DNA from: an uncultured Pirellulaceae bacterium
GTDB lineage: Bacteria; Planctomycetota; Planctomycetia; Pirellulales; Pirellulaceae
NCBI GenBank assembly: GCA_964411445.1
Contig: CAYPLE010000004.1
Location: 28,447 to 92,446 of the forward strand
Length of the DNA: 64,000 bases
Direction of reading: 5' to 3'
This document shows positions 11,401-19,166 of this stretch, in pieces. The translations under genes and the position numbers were made by a program. How positions within the stretch are numbered: position 1 is the stretch's first letter; each line of letters starts with the position of its first letter. The notes under the pieces were generated by a model, which searched no databases, had not been told where the DNA came from, and saw nothing but the letters and a program-made list of their open reading frames with translations.

Positions 11401-11553
11401 AGCGTGACCGATCGCGAATCCGCTGGCCAATTCATCGGCAGTGTCAGCATCACATGGCCCCATAAGATTTCGACACACTGCCTCTGTACCATCGTCTTGT
11501 TCAGGCGATGGAAGTCGCAATGCATCGAGTCGTGTTTGCGGAGATTGTGACAC
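5488..11553 (-). CDS. Bimodular non-ribosomal peptide synthetase, A-T-C-A-T-TE (predicted Cys then Pro-like)
   Basis: Two A-domain cores (YVLFTSGSTGQPKG, YVLFTSGSTGIPKG; YKTGD and YRSGD; NGKVD and NGKID). Two carrier motifs (GGTSL ~9670, GGNSL ~6450), C-domain HHIAVDG (~9070), TE GFSFG (~6035) and C-terminal His (GAHANM). GTG start at 11553 is the longest option. Confidence 0.95.
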   Translation of the reverse strand: MSQSPQTRLDALRLPSPEQDDGTEAVCRNLMGPCDADTADELASGFAIGHAAESKSATTLPDPEWNATDFDWKDDPTLACFVRRSAQRTPNSTAVVCGKESLSYAELDLRSDIIARHLVKHGVRRGEVVCVVADHTAQSILSIVAVLKAGAAYLPLDTQLPADRLAYFAETAQARYCLGRSLPCEFVHTVELVNPEVITAVEGALNSEVELPVPDADSLAYVLFTSGSTGQPKGVMLGHRGPANTIQDVNHRFSITAADATLCLSALGFDLSVYDIFGMFAAGGTVVLPNREQSRNPLAWQQLVQAHQVTVWNTVPALMDILVTACENAHLLSSLRTVMLSGDWIPLSLPGRIREFLPDAEIWSLGGSTEASIWSVYHEIDSVEATWKSIPYGRPLLNQRCYVVDESMCQTPRGEAGELCIAGVGVALGYINQPDRTAEQFVDNPFEDSGLLYKTGDLCRYTEDGVLEFLGRRDRQVKIRGYRIGLGEIESELAKQPGVSDAVLTIDSGDAGDRLIAYVRRTEENTGESAEGNLDVGELVRQLSKRLPAYMVPSEIIALNAWPLTPNGKVDYKQLPLPSRRKTAGVLHANDLLGESEYHQWLSKTLAELLNTSTVDLNDTFYCVGGTSLTALTLIARIRQAFGAQLPYQQLLDRNRPLSWIADWLSNACEKASGANDSGGVASVEARPTSAPLSYQQQQMWVVNQIDHHGSRYNVPLGFAVHGEIDSAALTFAIDSIIARHEVLRTQYRFASSGSGELLQHVQPSVEGVLTVRHLQNGAGEALAKQSAVQKFVRQPFELSSENPFRAALFVGDDEEALLVLVFHHIAVDGHSIGIFNRELSEYYAAYTEGRECQLAIPPMQYLDYSLGQSREVSEGGTAHQIACEEYWLRKLDKMPASVTLPSDFSQDVPLASVGRVFDFVIDGTRLEKLRKRATEQQTTPFVLLLSVLKILLHRYSNQDDIVVGTAVSTRDRAEIEATIGYFIGVLPIRTQLSPSTTIEEYCDLVHQATVEALSHQEFSYERMKSACDAAGAKQQDLFNVLFVLEDEQTPPTFGASQVTPKHLHTGTAKFDLLVAASQAIDQIRIELEYDASQFAEARITQFARHFQTVLDLLIGDPGVLATEIGLERQPAAWDACHSDLPVSSQTNQPSLVRRIKAIATRHSEQAAVCFAGRDYDYKELWAAADCVSGELEAAGVEAGDLVGLHLTRSPEMLAAVLGTIQIGGVCVPIDPVLPSERKRQIVECANVTSVLVNTPCQIQGVREIDVADAFGRTLPVPMIHEHLASDLIYVLFTSGSTGIPKGVEMPIGVIENLVDWQLAENSNWAQTRTLQFASLGFDVSFQEILTTLAGGGTLHLVDQATHRDLNALWDTIVQERIERVFLPFVALKGLCDIADQRGAKSHLREVITAGERLVISESVKRFFDANSQCRLINQYGPTESHVVTSYSLPDSPRNWPSLPPIGRPIQNAELAVVNDCGVPVPQGVQGELWIGQACIAKGYLGGHREANEKFVDRKLDGFESQRWYRSGDVCFINWDDQLEFVSRNDDQVKVRGNRVEPGEVEAWLLNQEQIREAAVVTDKQYHATHLIAFVQAKSLSQGATAAETLGRNLRQEMMNALPEYMVPAQIVVCETLPKTVNGKIDRQRLLNQHLCTAPPVETAVSPQEPATRTSDPLTASVSAIWRTVLRQDALVANSNFFDCGGNSLAAAIMFARLRVSLDIKVSMSILVANPTLQQFVRAVRPSESSAEATTGVIRLASSPSNGERVPKPNIYCLPGIDGHFLNFRDLAAALEKDCNVFGLEPIGLLPDDDSPCSFEQLAEQQVARLLSAQPTGTYHIAGFSFGGVLAYEMAQQLWRAGCSVSLSMIDATPGVPLPASTLQSLAFHGKYLSTLPWREWLPYVQERIRAGRLAVLHRMGLISLHEKIRRIIDLDADYGRVAASNMQALVDYCPQASLGPATLYRAQIRASGGSGGDATAGWSEYFADNELTVLEVPGAHANMLAKTQVSRLANLLRASLATRS

Positions 11554-11598
11554 AGTTGGGCGACAGTGTGATAGGCTGCGGTCGACTGTTCCAGGATG

Positions 11599-12306
11599 CT
11601 ATGGGGCCACGTGCCGGTACACGGTTCCCAGCACCGGAATTCCTAGTTTTGTGTATTTTGCGACCGCTTCATTTAGCTGGACCGAGGTTGTACGTTTTCC
11701 GTAGACAAGCACGATGATCCCGTCCAAACAGGCAGCGATGGCCGTGGTGCTGTGTTCTGACATGGGCGGCAAATCAATGATCAGCCAATTCGAGTCGTCT
11801 TGAATTTCAGAAAGCGCGGCCTCTAAAGCTAGGTCAGCAGAATCATCTAACTCGCGTGGTAGTTTGCCATTGCCCGCAGGAACTAGTGAGAGTCCTGCCG
11901 ATTTTGACGGACGCACCACCTTTTCAACGTCGCAGCGTCCCAAAATCGCATCGGCGAATCCGAGAGCTCGCTCGCCAGTGCTACCCCGCTTTCCTTCGGA
12001 GTCTCCTTGGAAGGCAAAGTCCGCTGCAAAACTTGCTTCCATCGAGGGGCTGGCTGTACCAGCTTCCACGAGGGTCGTGCTGCGGCGAACGATCTTGACA
12101 GCAGCCAAGGCTAAGTTGGACGCCAGCGTGCTGACTCCCGCGCCCCGATCCAAACTCGTCACGCCCAACCGGAATGCATTTCCCGTTCGTGAAGAAACAT
12201 ATTCTGCGCGTCGAGCTGCCGCTTCCAGGATGGGAACGTACTGATAAAGCAGCGGATGGATCGCTTTGGCAGGGGCAAGCTGTAGGTATTGTTCTCCAAC
12301 GATCAT
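11599..12306 (-). CDS. CpsD/CapB (Wzc C-terminal) BY-kinase-like P-loop protein, degenerate
   Basis: 'GVTSLDRGAGVSTLASNLA' at the Walker A position, 'LIIDLPP' Walker B, C-terminal 'LGIPVLGTV'. ATGA overlap with the upstream GumC-like gene. Walker A Lys and the C-terminal Tyr cluster are missing. Confidence 0.8.
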   Translation of the reverse strand: MIVGEQYLQLAPAKAIHPLLYQYVPILEAAARRAEYVSSRTGNAFRLGVTSLDRGAGVSTLASNLALAAVKIVRRSTTLVEAGTASPSMEASFAADFAFQGDSEGKRGSTGERALGFADAILGRCDVEKVVRPSKSAGLSLVPAGNGKLPRELDDSADLALEAALSEIQDDSNWLIIDLPPMSEHSTTAIAACLDGIIVLVYGKRTTSVQLNEAVAKYTKLGIPVLGTVYRHVAP

Positions 12307-13856
12307 CCGACGTCTGCCGTTTCCTCTGACTCCTCGCTGGCCAGAATTCGCTTCTTCGGTAGATGGGACACTTCGCCAAGATACGGTGTATCGAGTCGTT
12401 CCAAATGCGTCGGTGATTGTACGCGGCGGTCGCGCAGTTGGAATGCCACAGCCATGAGCATGCTGCTAAATACTGCCAGCGTGAAACCAGCAAACAAAAT
12501 CATTCCAAGCTTAGGACTACTTGGAATTTGTGACACGCTTGGCGGCTGCAAGATACTCAGGTTGGAAAGATTCTCTTCCCCTAGGGCGAGATCGATTCGA
12601 GCCTGTTCGCTGCGACGTGCGTAGTCCAAGTAGGTTGAGTTTGCGAGTTCCAATTTGCGAGTCAACTCAGCCAAGCGAATTCCGTTTTGATTGATTTCGT
12701 TGAGCTGCTCCTTCGCCTGTACGATCTGCTGCGTCAATATGTTATTGCGAGCCGCCAGCGATGATGCGATGGCAACTTGATTCATCAACGCGGACTCCAT
12801 AGATTGACGGTTCTGGTTCAGCCCGACAGTTCGCTGTGTCAGGGCGTCCTCATTTTGCATGGTTGTCTGCGCTGCTTCGATCTGCTCCTTGATTTGCTGC
12901 ACCCGTGGATGCGTGGGCTCGTAGCGGGTGAGCAGCTCTTTTTCGCGAATCTGAAGTGAAAAGAGCTGCTCACGCATCCCTTCGGCAGCACTGCTAGCCA
13001 AGCCTGTCGTTGCCTGCAACTGGACCTCATTGGGCTGAGAAGCCAACAATTCACGACGCGAATCAATCTCGCTTCGCACGCCTTCCAATTCGGAAAGTGC
13101 CGTGAGTTGAGCATTCTCTAGCTGCGAGATTCTTGCAATCTGAAGCTCCCGCTGCTTGTCCAGGTCCGCGACACCAGTCCTGTTCTTGAACTCGAGCATC
13201 TCCTTCTCAAGCCCTTCGACTTGTGCTTTTAGCTGATCTGACTGGGTGATGAAAAAGGAACTGGAGCCGAGCGACTGGTGCACGCGCACGTGTTCAGTGA
13301 TGGTTGCTGAGATGACATGTTCCAACACTTCAGCAGCCAACTCAGGGCTGATGGTCTCGTACCGCAGCCCAACAATCGCTGTGTTGCGAGGTGTATAGAT
13401 TTCGAGTCCCTTCTCGAGCGACTCAATCGCTTTGTCGCGTGGGCTGTCGACGTAGAGCGGGTTGAACGTTTTCACGTAGTCCAAATCGATTGGAAGCTTG
13501 GATTCGGTCTTCGGCTCCGATGATTCTTCTAAGATTTTACCGACGCCGACCGCATCAACGACTCTTTCCAAAACGTTGCGGCTTCGCATCAAGGATTGAA
13601 CCGAGTAGATCTCCTTTTCTCGCGATTCTTGAACTCCAATTGTCTGCCCAGTTGTTGCCGTCGGATCAAGCGCCACCGACTCCTTGCCAAGCCGAACAAA
13701 CACCTGCGCCTCTGAAGTATATTTGTGCTTCGCGACGAAGACGTACGCAATGGTTAGCCCCATAATGAGACTGGCCAAAAAGAGCATCTTCTTTTTATGA
13801 TTGCTGCAGGCGGCGAGCAGATCTAAGCCGTGATGGTGTTCAGTGATATGGCTCAT
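12303..13856 (-). CDS. GumC/Wzc-N family polysaccharide co-polymerase (chain-length determinant)
   Basis: N-terminal TM followed by 'KYTSEAQVFV', a long coiled-coil with 'YEPTHPRV', then 'NLSILQPP...SPK' and a C-terminal TM followed by 'RDRRVQSP'. Sits in a polysaccharide cluster. Confidence 0.88.
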   Translation of the reverse strand: MSHITEHHHGLDLLAACSNHKKKMLFLASLIMGLTIAYVFVAKHKYTSEAQVFVRLGKESVALDPTATTGQTIGVQESREKEIYSVQSLMRSRNVLERVVDAVGVGKILEESSEPKTESKLPIDLDYVKTFNPLYVDSPRDKAIESLEKGLEIYTPRNTAIVGLRYETISPELAAEVLEHVISATITEHVRVHQSLGSSSFFITQSDQLKAQVEGLEKEMLEFKNRTGVADLDKQRELQIARISQLENAQLTALSELEGVRSEIDSRRELLASQPNEVQLQATTGLASSAAEGMREQLFSLQIREKELLTRYEPTHPRVQQIKEQIEAAQTTMQNEDALTQRTVGLNQNRQSMESALMNQVAIASSLAARNNILTQQIVQAKEQLNEINQNGIRLAELTRKLELANSTYLDYARRSEQARIDLALGEENLSNLSILQPPSVSQIPSSPKLGMILFAGFTLAVFSSMLMAVAFQLRDRRVQSPTHLERLDTPYLGEVSHLPKKRILASEESEETADVG

Positions 13857-13920
13857 GATTCAACTTTCAATATTCATTTTCAGTGTCGGTCGCAGGAGAA
13901 CCCCGGTTGAACCTCACTGA

Positions 13921-15123
13921 TCAAATGGCAACTGCCCCGGATGAGGCGTGGTTTAGTATGCTTTTGTTTGCGTCGGAAGTTTCAAAGTGCCCGTTTCCAT
14001 GCAATCGTCCGGCTTGGAATGAATCCCATGCCTTGTCAATAGCTTGCGAGAGCTCTTCCTTGAATCGTTCGGGTCGAAAGTACTCTGATCGCTGGCGAAT
14101 GTAGCCCAGATCCAAGCCTTTCGTAGGCCGCTCAAACTCCTCGACTGCCTCAACAAGCGACTCAGGTGATTGTTCGCGGAAGAAGTAGCCTGTTGCACCT
14201 TCTTGGACCGTTTCCAAACTACCACCGCGTCCGTAGGCAATGACTGGCGTCGCACAGGCTTGAGCTTCCACCGGCATGATCCCAAAGTCTTCCTCGGCTG
14301 CGAACACGAAGGCTTTCGCGTTCTGCATCAGGCTCACAAGTTCCGAGTGAGGACGATAGCCCAACAGTTCAACATTTCCGGGACACGTCGCAGACAATTG
14401 CTTATGCATCGGGCCGTCCCCAACGACAAGCAGTTTTCTGTCGGGCATTTTGCGGAACGCTTCAACAATCAAATCAACGCGTTTGTACGGAACCAATCGT
14501 GAAGCCGCGATGTAATAGTCTGATTTTTCGTAGCACGCAGGAAAAGCATCGATGTCTACCGGTGGATAAACAACGTCTGCCGTCCGTCGGTAGCATTTTT
14601 CAATCCGCCGGGCGATGAAATTGCTGTTGGCCACAAAGTGGTCGACGCGACTGGCGGATGCGTGATCCCAGTTGCGAATGTAGTGCAGCATGGATCGGAT
14701 CATCATGCTGCGGAGCCCCCAAGAGAGGTTCGATTCCCGCAAGTACTGCGCCTGGAATTCCCAAGCGTAACGAATTGGCGTGTGGACGTAGCTGACGTGC
14801 AATTGGTCTGGACCTGTAATGACACCTTTGGCGACAGCATGGTTCGATGACAGAACAACGTCGTACTCCGCAAGATCCCACTGCTCAACAGCCGTTGGCA
14901 TAAATGGAAGGTAGTGTCGTAAGAATCGCTTTGCAAAAGGTAACCGTTGCACGAAAGAAGTTGTCACTTCCTTGCCAGACAAGAAGGCCCGATCCTCATC
15001 GGAGAGAAAGTCTGCGACAGCGAACAGATCGCTCTCTGGGAACATGTTGAGCATCTGCTCAACGACTCGCTCAGAGCCAGCGTAAGTGGTCAACCACTCG
15101 TGAATCACCGCAACTCGATTCAT
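13921..15123 (-). CDS. Glycosyltransferase family 4, WbaZ-like (probable mannosyltransferase)
   Basis: N-terminus 'RVAVIHEWLTTYAGSERV', 'YVHTPIRYAW', and GT4 'EEDFGIMPVEAQACATPVIAY' motif. Confidence 0.9.
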   Translation of the reverse strand: MNRVAVIHEWLTTYAGSERVVEQMLNMFPESDLFAVADFLSDEDRAFLSGKEVTTSFVQRLPFAKRFLRHYLPFMPTAVEQWDLAEYDVVLSSNHAVAKGVITGPDQLHVSYVHTPIRYAWEFQAQYLRESNLSWGLRSMMIRSMLHYIRNWDHASASRVDHFVANSNFIARRIEKCYRRTADVVYPPVDIDAFPACYEKSDYYIAASRLVPYKRVDLIVEAFRKMPDRKLLVVGDGPMHKQLSATCPGNVELLGYRPHSELVSLMQNAKAFVFAAEEDFGIMPVEAQACATPVIAYGRGGSLETVQEGATGYFFREQSPESLVEAVEEFERPTKGLDLGYIRQRSEYFRPERFKEELSQAIDKAWDSFQAGRLHGNGHFETSDANKSILNHASSGAVAI

Positions 15124-16157
15124 GATCCGGTTCCTTCAGAAGAGTGGCTTAGGCCGAGACGCAAATCATCAAGAACCGCTTGAACTAACGACGCAGTGCG
15201 CTGCCAAGAAAACGCTGTACTGCGTTGGAGTCCGTTTTCGATCAACTGTTGTCTGCGTGCCTCATCGCCCAAGACGTGAATGACGCCCGCGGCGATAGCT
15301 TCGCAGTTTGGATCAACCAACTCCGCAGCGTCGCCAGCAATCTCCGGCAGAGCCGTTGCGTTGCTTGAAACAACTGGGGTACCGCAAGCCATGGATTCAA
15401 CCAAAGGAAGTCCAAACCCTTCGTACTCAGACGGCATCACCGTGGCCAATGCGCCGCGGTACGCGGTGGCAAGTTTTTCGTCACCCACAGACCCCAGGAA
15501 AGAAACGTGTTCGGCAACGCCAAATTCGTCGATCGCGCGAGTTGTGGATTCAGCCGCTTGACCGGATAAGATCAAATCAACATCATGATGCTTCCGAACA
15601 AGAGCCAACGCGGCAATCAAGCTGGGCACATTCTTGTGCGGTTTTTGATTTCCGACATACAACAAATATGGCTTGCGTCTGTCGAGCCTATCACCCTGCT
15701 GTGTGAAGGCTTGCCCCACACCGTTGTAGACGACTCTCACACGATCGGGAGCGATTCCTGCCCAACGGACAATTTCGTCTTTGGAGTACTCTGAAACCGT
15801 TAGAACGGCGAATGCCCTGCGAGCGGCAGCGCGAACAACCGTGGCGTAGTAGAGCCGCTTGGCCAATGAAGCTTCAGCCGAATGATGAACGTGGATGAGA
15901 TCGTGGATTGAGAAGACGTAGTTCCGCTTCGAAGCCAATGGCAACGGCAACGGTGCGTTGAAACCAGGCGAAAAGTAACTCAAATTGCTTCGCCAAAGCT
16001 TAACGCCTAGCCGAAGTGCATCCAACGGACTTGTCGGGCTGCCACCCAACGCCTGAGTTTGAACGCCCGACAATCGCGATTGTAATTCCGAAGCGAAGCG
16101 ACCAATGCCATGCTGACCAATCCAACGCTGGTCGAATAGTACGTTCTGGTTCACCAT
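15120..16157 (-). CDS. Glycosyltransferase family 4 (MtfB/WbaW-like)
   Basis: 'LFDQRWIGQHGIGRF', 'YVGNQKPHKN' and 'EGFGLPLVESMACGTPVV'. I chose ATG 16157 because it overlaps the upstream wzy stop (ATGGTGA). Its stop overlaps the next ATG (ATGA). Confidence 0.88.
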   Translation of the reverse strand: MVNQNVLFDQRWIGQHGIGRFASELQSRLSGVQTQALGGSPTSPLDALRLGVKLWRSNLSYFSPGFNAPLPLPLASKRNYVFSIHDLIHVHHSAEASLAKRLYYATVVRAAARRAFAVLTVSEYSKDEIVRWAGIAPDRVRVVYNGVGQAFTQQGDRLDRRKPYLLYVGNQKPHKNVPSLIAALALVRKHHDVDLILSGQAAESTTRAIDEFGVAEHVSFLGSVGDEKLATAYRGALATVMPSEYEGFGLPLVESMACGTPVVSSNATALPEIAGDAAELVDPNCEAIAAGVIHVLGDEARRQQLIENGLQRSTAFSWQRTASLVQAVLDDLRLGLSHSSEGTGS

Positions 16158-17425
16158 GCCCGACTCCTTGGCGTTTGTAGCAACAGTCCGCCAGTCGCGG
16201 CGACACAAACTGCAAGGATCAAGAACGTGAACGAACCGGCTGAGAAGTAGTAAGTTCGCCAGAGCTCAAAGAATCCGTACAACACAATGCATCCGATCAT
16301 GCACAGCAAATTCTCAGCTCGCCAAAAATAGCTGCCGATGGTCGACATACAGAAGCTTACCCAGGCGATCACCGGGAAGGCTAGGAAGCCGAGATCGCCG
16401 TACATTTCAACCCAAGCTGAGTTGGTGGTCAGTGTTTGGTCGACGTCAACTTGATCCAAATACCACTGCTCGCCAACTCCACCAGAGTTGTCAGACACCT
16501 TCTGCGAAGCTGGATGAAGGAAAGTTGGCGTTAGGTACTTGATCAAATTCCGAGCCGTTCCACGCTGAGGTTTTTCTGCAGCAATTCTTGCAACTCCCAC
16601 ACTAGCTTGGACCGGGGCGCCCAGATAGCGTTGAACCTCAAGATACGTGATTGCGATCGGACTGCGGACGCCAAAGTACTCCCGATAGCTCCCTGCGCTT
16701 CGTACCCAAGTGAATGCGACCAGACAAACGGCCAGAGCGGCAGCAGCACAACCAATCGCCCTAGTCGACACTCGAGAGAAAGCACCAAAGCGAACAGCAA
16801 TGCCTCCGCTAAACACAACTGCTTGTACCAGCAGAATCCTCGCAGAGATTGCGGCGGCGGCAACGAGAAGCACTAGATTGAGGACGTCCAGCCAACTCAT
16901 TTGGCGCAAGAAAACGATTCGGTAGATCGCATATCCGCCAGCGAGAGAAGCCGTGTAACGCAATGAATAGAGATGGTTGTAGTTTTCGTAGAGGGCTTCT
17001 TTCACCAAGTTGAACTGCTGTGTTTTGACCAGTTCGACGATGGATACACCACCGCGAATTGCAGCCAACCAGGCCAAGGCAACACCAGCGGCGGCAACGG
17101 CCGAAAGCACTTTGTAGAACTGTTCGCTCGACAGGCGTCCCTGCTTCATAACGCCAAGCTGGGGAAGGCTGCGAGCCAAGAATTGCCCAGCCGCCGCGCT
17201 CGCTGCGATCGTTCCGTACCAAACGACTAAGATGGTCAAACTTGCCAAACTCAGGTGCTCGCGAACGTGATAGCCGGCGGCGCCTTCCATCGACGGACTC
17301 AACCAGAGAAAGAAACCAACTATGACGAATGGGCCAAAAACCACACTGGGTTGCCAAACGACCGCCGCCAGACTTGACAACCAAGCTGGGCCGCTAGTTT
17401 CAACGTTTGGACTAATGGAGGCCAT
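16151..17425 (-). CDS. Probable Wzy-type oligosaccharide repeat-unit polymerase
   Basis: About 10 hydrophobic segments, a late periplasmic loop followed by 'TTNSAWVEMYGDLG', and position between flippase and GTs. Start is uncertain: ATG 17425 chosen, but the ORF extends to 17872 into the flippase. Confidence 0.7.
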   Translation of the reverse strand: MASISPNVETSGPAWLSSLAAVVWQPSVVFGPFVIVGFFLWLSPSMEGAAGYHVREHLSLASLTILVVWYGTIAASAAAGQFLARSLPQLGVMKQGRLSSEQFYKVLSAVAAAGVALAWLAAIRGGVSIVELVKTQQFNLVKEALYENYNHLYSLRYTASLAGGYAIYRIVFLRQMSWLDVLNLVLLVAAAAISARILLVQAVVFSGGIAVRFGAFSRVSTRAIGCAAAALAVCLVAFTWVRSAGSYREYFGVRSPIAITYLEVQRYLGAPVQASVGVARIAAEKPQRGTARNLIKYLTPTFLHPASQKVSDNSGGVGEQWYLDQVDVDQTLTTNSAWVEMYGDLGFLAFPVIAWVSFCMSTIGSYFWRAENLLCMIGCIVLYGFFELWRTYYFSAGSFTFLILAVCVAATGGLLLQTPRSRAW

Positions 17426-17553
17426 GCTGCTGAGACGTTCCGGCAATGGAATGTGGAGCGAGAAAGGGGCAACGGGCGAACAACTCGACTGCTCGTGTTG
17501 AACGAAACTCAGTCTAGTCAGAATGTTGGGCAACTCGCGAAAGCCGTCGGCGA

Positions 17554-19086
17554 CTAGGCACTTTTCCCAAGCTTCGCTTTTACCGTAGTCAGCAATTCCG
17601 GAAACTTCAGCAGCAGCCGGACATCGCAAATAGTCCATACGCGAATCATTTTCCGCGCCATCAGGCTGAACAGTATGCACTGGAGGGAAACCACTGTAGA
17701 CCAAGCAATTGCCAGCCCCACAGCTCCGAATCGTTGGGTTAAGAACATGCCGCAGCACAACAGCAAAACGGAAGTGATGCAGTTTACAGCCAAGGCCGAA
17801 CGCTGGTTCCCAGACATCATCAGAGTCAGCTCGGCCGCTCCGACGAACACGAAGATGACTTGGCCAATGCACAGAATCCGCAAAATCGTTGCAGACTGCC
17901 CGTAGAATTCTCCGAACAGCAACGCGAGGATTTGTTCAGGGAACACTGCCAGCGGCAACCACACCAACACGGCTGGAATCGCAGCCATCGTCGCCGCCGA
18001 GCGCAAGATCTTCTGTAGCTCGGGCAGACGCCCCTGGGCGCGAAGCTCTGCAATGGAAGCAACCACAGTCAGATTGACGAGCTGCATTGGCATGCCAATC
18101 AACAACATTAGCCGCCGTGCTGCTCCGTAAAGCGCCAAGTCCGCATGTTCAATGGTGGCCCCAGCGATCCACACATCGGCTTGACCGGTGACGTATGAAA
18201 GGGCTTGAGTCAGTACGAGCGGAAACGCTACGGCCAGCAAGGTTACGAGCCGCAGATTCGCTTCCGCGTGCTGCTCGGGCGAAGAATGCTGGCTCAGCCG
18301 CTGTTGGTGACTCAGCTCCGCCAGCCGACGTTGGCTAATTCGGTGAACGGAAGCTACCGCGATGGGTACAACAATCAACATACTCAGACTGCTGAAAATC
18401 ATCACACTCATCAGGGAAGGCTGAAAGAGCACGTGCAACAGAATCGCCGATAGGATGAACAACAGATTGCATATGGGCCCGCCGAATTGCCCGGTTAGCA
18501 AGATCGATAGTCTAGAATCGTGAAACGACCGCAGGAGACTACCGCTCAGTTGCAAAATTGCTGAGGCAACAACGCCGACCGCAACGATCGGACCGAGAGT
18601 TATCGCGTCAGCTATTCCGAAAAGCGACTCGCCAAAGAGCATCAAGAACGCCGCGCACACACCGCCTCCGGCTAGGATGGCAACGGTGGCAACTACGGCT
18701 CCAATGCGTAACGATCGCTGGGCTTGGCCGAATTGCCCCAGCCCAATTTGTTCAGAAATGAAACGCACGAGAGCAGCGTTTAAGCCGAACATTGCCAGGA
18801 TGGATGCAAACGTCAGAATCGTGGCCAACAGAAAAAATACGCCGACGTCCTCAGGCGGCAATATGCGTGCCAGCAGCACGTTGATGCCGATCGCGGTGGC
18901 AATTCCAAGAAGTCTTCCGCCAACGACCCAGATCGCTTCGCTGGCCAAACGCTTCCCCGTGCCGACGTCGTGCGATGCGGTAATTGGCTTTGCAGCATCA
19001 TCTTCACTGCGCGGCAATTCAGCGCGACCGGTGACGGTTGCGACTGAAGATGTCGGGCTTGATGGAAGACCAGTCAAACTGCTCAT
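17554..19086 (-). CDS. Wzx-type polysaccharide flippase (MOP superfamily)
   Basis: About 12-14 TM segments with 'LLARILPPEDVGVF', 'FGLNAALVRF', 'ALYGAARR', 'LFGEFY' and 'FGAVGLAIA'. Start taken at ATG 19086. Confidence 0.88.
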   Translation of the reverse strand: MSSLTGLPSSPTSSVATVTGRAELPRSEDDAAKPITASHDVGTGKRLASEAIWVVGGRLLGIATAIGINVLLARILPPEDVGVFFLLATILTFASILAMFGLNAALVRFISEQIGLGQFGQAQRSLRIGAVVATVAILAGGGVCAAFLMLFGESLFGIADAITLGPIVAVGVVASAILQLSGSLLRSFHDSRLSILLTGQFGGPICNLLFILSAILLHVLFQPSLMSVMIFSSLSMLIVVPIAVASVHRISQRRLAELSHQQRLSQHSSPEQHAEANLRLVTLLAVAFPLVLTQALSYVTGQADVWIAGATIEHADLALYGAARRLMLLIGMPMQLVNLTVVASIAELRAQGRLPELQKILRSAATMAAIPAVLVWLPLAVFPEQILALLFGEFYGQSATILRILCIGQVIFVFVGAAELTLMMSGNQRSALAVNCITSVLLLCCGMFLTQRFGAVGLAIAWSTVVSLQCILFSLMARKMIRVWTICDVRLLLKFPELLTTVKAKLGKSA

Positions 19087-19166
19087 GGGCGAGGAGTATT
19101 TCTTGTCCGTGAGTGGAGAAATTGTGCAGAATGCAGATCGTGTTAGCGGTCCCGGACAGCGACTGC

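Noticed and set aside
5793-11717. Numerous 60-170-aa plus-strand ORFs opposite the NRPS (and similar ones opposite other long genes)
   Set aside because: Expected antisense shadow ORFs in GC-rich coding DNA; none has recognisable motifs.
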